Assembly: GCA_963665095.1 (NCBI GenBank)
Contig: OY762069.1
Location: 4,960,001 to 5,024,000 of the forward strand
Length of the DNA stretch: 64,000 bases
From: an uncultured Desulfobacter sp.
GTDB lineage: Bacteria; Desulfobacterota; Desulfobacteria; Desulfobacterales; Desulfobacteraceae
Direction: 5' to 3'
Part shown: piece after piece, positions 50,936 through 58,982 of the stretch
How the letters are laid out: each line of letters begins with the position of its first letter
How positions within the stretch are numbered: position 1 is the stretch's first letter
The notes under the pieces: generated by a model
What the model was told of the DNA's origin: nothing
Seen by the model: the letters and a program-made list of their open reading frames with translations, nothing else
Databases searched by the model: none
Translations under genes and position numbers: made by a program

Positions 50936-53900
50936 ATGTTTTCGCAGATCAAAAGAAGGATCGCATTTAAACTTGCATGCATCATTCTGTTTACGGTGAC
51001 GGCCATTGGTGCGGCAGCCATGTTTGTTATGACCAGAGACAACAAGGCAACCCTGACCGAATATTTAAATGTTTCCCTGTCAGATGCCGTCAAGTTTACA
51101 TCCCTTGCTTATTCAGAGCCTCTCTGGGTGTATAATGATGATGAAATCGCCCGCCTGAACAATATTGTTTTGCAGAACAGGTTCGTTGTTGCTGTTAATA
51201 TTTTTAATATGGAAGCATTTGTCAGTGGTGCTGAAAATCAGGCGCTGGAAACTGAACAAACTCGTCTTCTCAAGACGCCTTATAAAATATCCGGGGATAG
51301 TCAGGATATAAAAAAAATATCCGGGGATATCCTTCGCAACGGCGAAACCATTGGACGGTTTGAACTTTTTTATACAGAAACGCTGATTGATCAGGCAGTT
51401 GTTCGTTTTAACAACAAGATGCTGATCTCTTATCTTGTGACCGGTGCCATCATCGTGTGTGCCGTGCTGCTTGTTGTTATTACGACCCTGACAAAACCGA
51501 TCATTGAACTGGCCCGCATTGTCAGAGAACTGACACAGTCCAAAAATTTTTCAAAACCCATAGACAAAAAGACCCGCAAAGACGAAATCGGGATCCTGTT
51601 TAACGGGTTTGTCGATATGATCAACCAGGTGCAGGCCAAGGAGAATGAGCGTGAAGGCCTTCAGCTGGAAATGGAAAAACGGATCTCCCGGTTCAAGGAC
51701 GTCTTTCACTCTTTGGAAGAGGCCGTAGACAATGAAGAGTATTCCCACAGGATCCGTCTGGACTCCGAAGATGATGAGCTGGTTCCCTCCTTAAATAAAA
51801 TGCTTGAAACCCTTGAAAATGCAGATATTTTAACAAAAAATCAAAACTGGATCAAAAACGGGCAGGCTGAGTTAAGCAATATCATTGGGGGTGAGCAGAG
51901 CATTGTGAAACTGGCCAGCAAGGCCATTAATTTTATCGCCACATATGCAGGTGCCCATGTGGGAACCATATTTATTGAAGACGATAAATCAAAGGATTTT
52001 TATCTGGTTGCAAGCTACGCGTTCAAAGTGAGGAAGGGGTTTACAAATCGGTTTGTGCCGGGAGAAGGACTGCCGGGCCAGGCTGTGTTTGAGAAAAAAA
52101 CCATTCTGTATACCCATGTTCCTGAAGATTATATGAACATTGAGTCCTCCCTGGGCCATACCTTTCCCCATGCCATTTTCGTCATACCCCTAATCTACGA
52201 AGGAGATGTGAAGGGGGTGATTGAACTGGGGTCTCTGGAAGTATTTTCCTCCACTAAAATGGATTTTCTGGAGTCTGTGGCTGAAACACTGGCTGTTGCC
52301 ATTAATGCGGCCATGTTCAACGATCAGCTCTCCGCGCTGTTTAAACAGACCAAGGCCCAGGCAGATGAACTGCAGAAGCAGCAGCTGGAACTTAAAGCAT
52401 CCAACCAGGAGCTGGAAGAGCAGACTAAAATTTTAAGAGAGTCGGAAGAAAAGCTTCAGTCCCAGCAGGAAGAGCTTCAGGCAAGCAATGAAGAGCTTGA
52501 GGAAAAAACCGAGATGCTTGAAGCCCAGAAGGCTGAGATCGAAAAGAAAAACGATATCCTTGTGCAGAAGCAAAAGGAGATTGAGGAAAAGGCCGAGCAG
52601 TTAAAAATTGAGACAAAATATAAATCCGAGTTCCTTGCCAACATGTCCCATGAGTTGAGAACGCCTTTAAACAGTCTGTTGATCCTTGCCAATATGCTGG
52701 CGGAAAATGAAGAACAGAATCTGAACGAAGATCAGATTGAAAGCGCGGCTTCCATCTACAGAAGCGGCCAGAACCTGCTGCACCTTATCAATGATATCCT
52801 TGACCTGTCCAAGATTGAGGCCAAAAAGATTGAACTCAGCCTTTCCAGGATTGAGCTCAGTGAACTGGGAAAAAATTTCAGGACAGAATTTCTGCACATG
52901 GCAAAGGAGAAAAATCTTGATTTTATCGTGACAGCTGAAGAGAATCTGCCTGAATCAATAATTACCGATATTCACCGGCTTGAGCAGATTATCAGAAACC
53001 TGATCGGCAATGCCATGAAGTTTACCGAGCAGGGGGCCATCACCCTGAATTTCAGCCGGCCTGATCCGGCCTTTAAATTCTCCAGGGATGATCTTGTCCA
53101 TGAAACGTGTGTTGCTGTCTCTGTAAGTGATACTGGAGAGGGGATTCCTGAGGATAAAATCAAGCTTATTTTTGAGGCGTTCAAACAGGTGGACGGATCC
53201 ATCAGCCGCAGACACGGCGGTACCGGACTTGGCCTGTCCATTTCCAAAGAGCTTGCCGCCCTCCTTGGCGGAGAGCTTCGTGCCACCAGTGTGTACGGCC
53301 AGGGCTCTACCTTTACCATCTATATCCCTGAGCAGCTTGAAGGTGAGCTATCCCCTGAGTCCAGTGCCCCGGCACCCCGGCGGCCTGTGCCTGTAAAAAA
53401 AGCCCCGCCTGTTTTCAAGGAACCGTCACAGGTACCGGAAACACCATCCGGGAGCGACCAGGTACAGGATTCTTCGGCAAAAGCACCGGATTCCGCCCGG
53501 AAAAAGAAGATGGTTTTAATTATTGAGGATGATCCTGAGTTCTCCAGTGTGCTTGAAAGCTATTTTACAAAGAATGAATATACGCCGCTGCTTGCACAGG
53601 ACGGGGAAACAGGTATTAAAATGGCTGTTGAACAGAGACCTGCCGCCATTATCCTTGATATCGGCCTGCCCGGCATTGACGGATGGACTGTTCTAAGTGA
53701 ACTGAAAAAAAATACAGAGACCCGGCATATCCCTGTCCACATTATGAGCGGGTTTGACGCGCATAACCAGGGTATTAAAAATGGTGCCGTGGGGTATCTG
53801 ACCAAGCCTGTTTCCCAGGAGGGGCTGAATCAGGCGTTGGAAAAAATTGAAAGCGTGCTTTCAGGCGATGTGAAAAATTTATTAATTGTTGAAGATGATG

Positions 53901-54673
53901 GAGACCTTCTGCTGTCTGTCATCAAGCTGATGGAGACCCATAATATAAAGACAGTAGCCGCAAAAACAGGCGAGGAGGCCTTGAGCCTGCTTAAGTCAGA
54001 CCGGTTTGAATGTATGATCCTTGACATCGGCCTGCCCGATATCACCGGATTTGAACTGCTGGACAGAATCGAGGCAGATCCCGACATGGAAATGATGCCT
54101 GTGATTGTCTTCACAGGCCGGGAATTGACAACCGAAGAAGCCCATGAGCTTGAAAAGTATTCCTCAAGCATTGTGCTGAAAAATGATGTTTCCATGGAAC
54201 GGCTCCTTGATGAAACCGCCCTGTTTATTCATCGGGTGGAAAGCGATATACCGGAGGCCCGCGAGCCGGCCAACGGTAATGAGCAGGCCCCTGAAGGCTC
54301 CCTTGAGGGGAAAAAGGTGATGGTGGTGGACGATGACATGAGAAATGCCTTTGCCCTGAATAAATTTCTCAAATCAAAAGGTATGGAAGTATCCATTGCC
54401 AACAACGGAGAAAAAGCGTTGGCGCTTCTTGATAATGAGGCCCCGCCGGATATCGTTTTGATGGACATCATGATGCCGGTGATGGACGGGTATGAGGCAA
54501 TCAAGCGGATCCGGGCCCAGGAACGCTTTAACAACATGCCTGTCCTTGCTCTGACAGCAAAGGCTATGGCCTCTGACCGGGATGAGTGCATTAAATGCGG
54601 GGCCAATGATTATCTGTCAAAACCCCTTGATACGACAAAATTATTGACCATGCTCAGGGTATGGCTGTATTGA
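50936..54673 (+). CDS. Hybrid sensor histidine kinase (2TM-periplasmic-HAMP-GAF-coiled coil-HisKA-HATPase-3xREC)
   Basis: MSHELRTPL, NLIGNAMKFT, DTGEGI, GGTGLGL; three receivers (ILDIGLP twice, LMDIMMP). Confidence 0.96.
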   Translation: MFSQIKRRIAFKLACIILFTVTAIGAAAMFVMTRDNKATLTEYLNVSLSDAVKFTSLAYSEPLWVYNDDEIARLNNIVLQNRFVVAVNIFNMEAFVSGAENQALETEQTRLLKTPYKISGDSQDIKKISGDILRNGETIGRFELFYTETLIDQAVVRFNNKMLISYLVTGAIIVCAVLLVVITTLTKPIIELARIVRELTQSKNFSKPIDKKTRKDEIGILFNGFVDMINQVQAKENEREGLQLEMEKRISRFKDVFHSLEEAVDNEEYSHRIRLDSEDDELVPSLNKMLETLENADILTKNQNWIKNGQAELSNIIGGEQSIVKLASKAINFIATYAGAHVGTIFIEDDKSKDFYLVASYAFKVRKGFTNRFVPGEGLPGQAVFEKKTILYTHVPEDYMNIESSLGHTFPHAIFVIPLIYEGDVKGVIELGSLEVFSSTKMDFLESVAETLAVAINAAMFNDQLSALFKQTKAQADELQKQQLELKASNQELEEQTKILRESEEKLQSQQEELQASNEELEEKTEMLEAQKAEIEKKNDILVQKQKEIEEKAEQLKIETKYKSEFLANMSHELRTPLNSLLILANMLAENEEQNLNEDQIESAASIYRSGQNLLHLINDILDLSKIEAKKIELSLSRIELSELGKNFRTEFLHMAKEKNLDFIVTAEENLPESIITDIHRLEQIIRNLIGNAMKFTEQGAITLNFSRPDPAFKFSRDDLVHETCVAVSVSDTGEGIPEDKIKLIFEAFKQVDGSISRRHGGTGLGLSISKELAALLGGELRATSVYGQGSTFTIYIPEQLEGELSPESSAPAPRRPVPVKKAPPVFKEPSQVPETPSGSDQVQDSSAKAPDSARKKKMVLIIEDDPEFSSVLESYFTKNEYTPLLAQDGETGIKMAVEQRPAAIILDIGLPGIDGWTVLSELKKNTETRHIPVHIMSGFDAHNQGIKNGAVGYLTKPVSQEGLNQALEKIESVLSGDVKNLLIVEDDGDLLLSVIKLMETHNIKTVAAKTGEEALSLLKSDRFECMILDIGLPDITGFELLDRIEADPDMEMMPVIVFTGRELTTEEAHELEKYSSSIVLKNDVSMERLLDETALFIHRVESDIPEAREPANGNEQAPEGSLEGKKVMVVDDDMRNAFALNKFLKSKGMEVSIANNGEKALALLDNEAPPDIVLMDIMMPVMDGYEAIKRIRAQERFNNMPVLALTAKAMASDRDECIKCGANDYLSKPLDTTKLLTMLRVWLY

Positions 54674-54735
54674 CCATAAAGATGATAAGGACATATTGTA
54701 CATAATGACTGCGTTGATATTCCATACCGATTGCC

Positions 54736-55575
54736 ATGACTGATGAAGAAATTGAAATCGCATTACTGATAAAGGCGATACATTTAAAATATGGTTACGA
54801 TTTTTCAAATTACGCGGAAGCCTCGCTTACAAGGCGGATAAAAAAAAACCTTCAGGAAACAGGTGCCCGACGGATTATGGACATGATACCTAAAATTATT
54901 GATGATCCTCAATACTTTAAGGACTTTCTTGTCAATATGTCCGTCAACGTCACGGAGATGTTTCGTAATCCTTTGTTTTATGCATCCATCAGAGAGAAAG
55001 TAGTGCCGTATCTTAAGACCTATCCGTTTATCAAGATCTGGTCAGCCGGCACATCAACCGGCCTTGAGGCATACTCCCTGGCGATCCTGCTCAAAGAGGA
55101 AGGCCTGTATGACAATTCAACCATCTATGCCACGGACTTTGATGATGATGTACTGGCCATTGCCCAGAAAGGTATTTATTCGGCAGCCATGATGAAGGAG
55201 AGTACCAGAAACTACCAGAAGGGAGGGGGCAGGGAGTCCTTTGCCAGATATTTTCATGCCGATTATGATTCTGTTATTTTTAAGGCATCATTAAAGCAGA
55301 ATATTGTTTTTGCCAACCATAACCTGGTCACGGACGGGGTGTTTGGTGAGATGAACCTTATTTTTTGCCGGAACGTACTCATTTATTTTAACAAGGTACT
55401 TCAGGACAGGGTGCTTCAGTTATTTTACGACAGCCTGAGAAACAACGGATTTCTATGCCTTGGGGAAAAGGAAACCGTTGAATTCTCACCCCTTACCGGC
55501 GCTTTTACGCCCATTGACCGGAAAAGGAAAATATACCAGAAAAAATATCGGATTCCGGCAAGGTCGGTCCAATGA
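54736..55575 (+). CDS. cheR: Protein-glutamate O-methyltransferase CheR
   Basis: YGYDF, VNVTEMFR, KIWSAGTSTGLEAYS, CRNVLIYF. Confidence 0.95.
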   Translation: MTDEEIEIALLIKAIHLKYGYDFSNYAEASLTRRIKKNLQETGARRIMDMIPKIIDDPQYFKDFLVNMSVNVTEMFRNPLFYASIREKVVPYLKTYPFIKIWSAGTSTGLEAYSLAILLKEEGLYDNSTIYATDFDDDVLAIAQKGIYSAAMMKESTRNYQKGGGRESFARYFHADYDSVIFKASLKQNIVFANHNLVTDGVFGEMNLIFCRNVLIYFNKVLQDRVLQLFYDSLRNNGFLCLGEKETVEFSPLTGAFTPIDRKRKIYQKKYRIPARSVQ

Positions 55576-56159
55576 AACCCACTTCTAAAGCCATTGTTAT
55601 CGGGGTTTCGGCAGGCGGTTTTAAAGCCCTTCATCTCCTGCTGCCTTTATTTGGGAAAGATATTGGTATCCCCATCATGGTTGTTCAGCACCGGGGGACA
55701 GACGACGACGCCTGGCTGGCTGCCTCCCTGAATAAAAAATGCAGCCTTAAGGTCAAAGAGGCCATGGACAAGGAACCGGTTGTCCCCGGCACCATTTATC
55801 TGGCCCCTTCAGGCTATCACCTGCTGGTGGAAAAGGACTTTTCCCTGGCATTGTCAGTGGATGAACCGGTCTGCTACTCACGGCCATCCATTGATGTTTT
55901 GTTTGAGTCCGCAGCTGAGGCCTATGGCCTTGATTTGATCGGAATTGTTCTTACAGGCGCAAATTCTGACGGAAGTGACGGCATTATCGCCATAAAGGCC
56001 AAGGGCGGCTATACCATTGCCCAGGATCCTGCTACGGCTGAAGTGGATTATATGCCCAGAGCAGCCATCAAAACCAATGCGGTTGATACGGTGCTGGCGT
56101 TGGAGAAAATTCCGCCGTTTGTAGAAAAATTACTGGAGGTCACCCATGGAAGAGACTGA
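55572..56159 (+). CDS. cheB: CheB methylesterase (stand-alone, no REC domain)
   Basis: GVSAGG, VQHR, SRPSIDVLFESAA, LTGANSDG (Ser-His-Asp triad intact). Confidence 0.95.
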   Translation: MKPTSKAIVIGVSAGGFKALHLLLPLFGKDIGIPIMVVQHRGTDDDAWLAASLNKKCSLKVKEAMDKEPVVPGTIYLAPSGYHLLVEKDFSLALSVDEPVCYSRPSIDVLFESAAEAYGLDLIGIVLTGANSDGSDGIIAIKAKGGYTIAQDPATAEVDYMPRAAIKTNAVDTVLALEKIPPFVEKLLEVTHGRD

Positions 56160-57858
56160 CTATCGCCCCTCCATCCCCATCGTGGATGATGCACAGGCGC
56201 ATGCCGAAATGCCCAAGGAAGGCTCACCGCCTAAAATTCTCATTGTGGATGATGTCCCGGAAAACCTCTTTGTCCTGCAGAAAATTTTGAAAAAACTGGA
56301 CTGTGAAGTGATCAAGGCAAGTTCCGGCAATGAAGCCCTGACCCATATCCTTGATCACGAGTTTGCCCTGATCATTCTTGATGTCCAGATGCCTGAGATG
56401 GACGGGTATGAAGTGGCGGATATCCTTCAATCCGATGATAAGACCGGGAATATCCCCATTATTTTTGTCACGGCTATTGACCGGGATGACGCCAAGGAGA
56501 TGAAGGGATACGGTACCGGGGCTGTGGATTTTATCTTCAAGCCGCTGAATGAATTCATCCTGGTCAGCAAGGTAAAGGTTTTTCTTGAATCCCATAAAAT
56601 TAAAAGCGGGCTCGAAGATATTGTGGCCCAGCGCACCTATGCCTTAAGTAAAAGCAATCAGGATCTCAAGGACCAGATTGAAAAGAATATCAAATTTGCC
56701 AACGACTTGGAAAAGGCCCGGTCCTACCTTGCCAATGTCATTAATTCAATCTCCTCTTCTCTGATCAGTGTGGATGAACAATGCAATATCATAGACCTTA
56801 ACGAAGCCGCGTATACTGTCTGCGGCCTTGAAAAAGCAGAGGTCCAGGGAAAACCGCTGGCAGAGGTGTTTCCTTTTTACGGCGAGCTTGCCGCAGATGT
56901 CTCCAGTGCCATTACCTCGGACAGTCCCATTGAAAAAAACCGCACCACCATCTACATCGCAGGAAAACTGCACATCAATAATTTTGCCATTTACCCGCTT
57001 AAGTTCAGCAAAATTAAAGGCGCGGTCATCCGGGTGGACGATGTGACGGAACGGGCCAAAATTGATGACATGGTAATCCAGACGGAAAAGATGCTTTCCA
57101 TCGGTGATCTGGCCACCGGCATGGCCACTGAGATTAATACGCCTTTGGCCGGTATCATTCAGAATGTTCAGGTGATCAATAACCGGCTGAACAATAAACT
57201 GCCTGCAAACGAGCGGGCGGCCGAGGAGAGCGGCACCTCCTTTGAGGCCATACAGAAGTACATGGAAAACCGCGGTATTCTGCGCATGATGGATGCCGTG
57301 CTTGAGTCCGGGAAACGGGCTACGCAGATCGTTGACAATATGATCAGTTTCAGCCGGAAAAGTGAGGGCTCCGGCGAAAAAGAGGATCTGGCAGATATCA
57401 TTGATAAAACCATTGAGCTTGCCTACAGTGACTACAACCTGACCCATACTTGCGATTTCAAGGCCATTGAGATTGAAAAGAGTTACCAGGAGGATATGCC
57501 CCATGTGCTGTGCCAGACCAACAAGATGCAGCAGGTGGTGCTCAATATTTTGAAAAATGCAGCCCAGGCCATGGCGGAGAAAACCGATTACGGTGATGAA
57601 AAAAAGCGGCTTGTTGTCAGGCTTGAGACCACATCTGACAACTATGCGGCCATTACCATCCAGGATAACGGTCCGGGTATGGAAGCCGATGTCGCCAAAA
57701 AGATATTTGAACCTTTTTTTACAACGAAAAAGGTCGGTGCCGGTCTTGGACTGGCTATCTCCTATTATATTATCAGCGATGATCACAATGGCCTTCTGGA
57801 TGTTGAAACCGAGCCTGGTAAAGGGGCTGCCCTGATTATCAAGCTGCCATTGACTTAG
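56146..57858 (+). CDS. REC-PAS-histidine-kinase-like protein lacking the phospho-acceptor His
   Basis: REC (IVDD..LDVQMP..KP), PAS, H-box reads MATEINTPL, HATPase boxes NAAQA, DNGPG, FFTTK, GLGL. Confidence 0.9.
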   Translation: MEETDYRPSIPIVDDAQAHAEMPKEGSPPKILIVDDVPENLFVLQKILKKLDCEVIKASSGNEALTHILDHEFALIILDVQMPEMDGYEVADILQSDDKTGNIPIIFVTAIDRDDAKEMKGYGTGAVDFIFKPLNEFILVSKVKVFLESHKIKSGLEDIVAQRTYALSKSNQDLKDQIEKNIKFANDLEKARSYLANVINSISSSLISVDEQCNIIDLNEAAYTVCGLEKAEVQGKPLAEVFPFYGELAADVSSAITSDSPIEKNRTTIYIAGKLHINNFAIYPLKFSKIKGAVIRVDDVTERAKIDDMVIQTEKMLSIGDLATGMATEINTPLAGIIQNVQVINNRLNNKLPANERAAEESGTSFEAIQKYMENRGILRMMDAVLESGKRATQIVDNMISFSRKSEGSGEKEDLADIIDKTIELAYSDYNLTHTCDFKAIEIEKSYQEDMPHVLCQTNKMQQVVLNILKNAAQAMAEKTDYGDEKKRLVVRLETTSDNYAAITIQDNGPGMEADVAKKIFEPFFTTKKVGAGLGLAISYYIISDDHNGLLDVETEPGKGAALIIKLPLT

Positions 57859-57952
57859 GCGGTCTGCCTGCTGGTTCAGATCAGCAGAATTAAAAGATGC
57901 CGAACTTCCGGGCGGGAAAACGGCCGGTATAATTCATGACAAAGGAGCTATC

Positions 57953-58942
57953 GTGAGGGGTATCAGATACATACTACCCATCGTATTGATTGCAATGGCC
58001 CTGACGGCAAATGTATCTGCCAGGGAATTTAAAAAGGTGGCTTTTCTGCGGTATCCGCTGCCTCCAATGGATTTTAACGATGTGGTGATCGGGTTTAAAA
58101 AGGTTATGGAAGATAACGGATATGTTGAGGGGAAAAATATTGAATACATTGACAGAATAACGAAGACAGATGATCTTGTATCCGTCACCGAGGTGAATGA
58201 TTTTACAGCCGCCTGGAAAGACAAGGTGGATATGTTTGTCTCCTGCGGCTGGGTTTCTATGTATTCCCGCAAGATTTTAAAGGATTCCAAAACGCCCCAG
58301 CTTTTTGTGCCTGTTCTTAAACGGGTGGCTTACCAGTTGATTCCTTCCCTGGAAGAGGGATCTGGTTCAAATATTTCAGGTGTTTACCTCTCCTATCCTG
58401 CGGAGAAGCTGCTCAAACTCCTTAAACTGGCCCTGCCTGATGCAAAAAAATACGGGCTGTGCTGGCATTCCCGGGTACCTGCAGATATGATTTTCAAACA
58501 GTCGTTTGACGAGCTGCAATCCACCATGGGGGTTAAAATCCTTTATTTTGATCTCAATGACGGGGTGGATGCGGTGATGGAACAGTTAAGCGCCTCAAAA
58601 GTAGATGCATTTGGCGGGTGTGTCAGTTTTCGCAAGCCGCGTTATTCAAAACTGTTTCATATGAATATTCCAGTGGTGTCAGCCAAGCTGGATCATGAAG
58701 ATACCGTTCAGATGATTGGCAGCAATGAACTGGTGGGATTCTGGAATGTGTTTACATCCGGCGGAGAGCAGGCAGCTGAGATGACCCTTGATATCTGGAA
58801 TGGACGTATAACCATTGAAAAATGCCTGCCCCGGCGGATTCGGACCCAGGTGATTTATGTGAATTCCGCTGCAGCCAGGCGTCTGGGAATCCGGATTCCA
58901 GCAGCGCTGATGAGAATTGCCAATGTTATTTACAACAGATAG
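57953..58942 (+). CDS. ABC-type (ABC_sub_bind-like) periplasmic substrate-binding protein with no adjacent transporter
   Basis: Signal peptide, GYVEGKNIEY, NISGV, GEQAA, YVNSAAARRLGIRIP. Confidence 0.85.
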   Translation: MRGIRYILPIVLIAMALTANVSAREFKKVAFLRYPLPPMDFNDVVIGFKKVMEDNGYVEGKNIEYIDRITKTDDLVSVTEVNDFTAAWKDKVDMFVSCGWVSMYSRKILKDSKTPQLFVPVLKRVAYQLIPSLEEGSGSNISGVYLSYPAEKLLKLLKLALPDAKKYGLCWHSRVPADMIFKQSFDELQSTMGVKILYFDLNDGVDAVMEQLSASKVDAFGGCVSFRKPRYSKLFHMNIPVVSAKLDHEDTVQMIGSNELVGFWNVFTSGGEQAAEMTLDIWNGRITIEKCLPRRIRTQVIYVNSAAARRLGIRIPAALMRIANVIYNR

Positions 58943-58982
58943 TTGCATCGTGGCTCTATTATAACAGGATGGAGAGTTAAGG

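Noticed and set aside
51284..51329. 16-bp direct repeat with 30-bp period (KISGD twice) in the kinase periplasmic domain
   Set aside because: Only two in-frame copies; a small local duplication, not an array
54736..56159. Classical chemotaxis operon
   Set aside because: No cheA, cheW, cheY or MCP signalling domain in the window
56746..57786. Long antisense ORFs (346 aa here; also 32568-33455, 46341-47171, 18769-19584)
   Set aside because: Shadow frames opposite well-supported genes, with no motifs of their own
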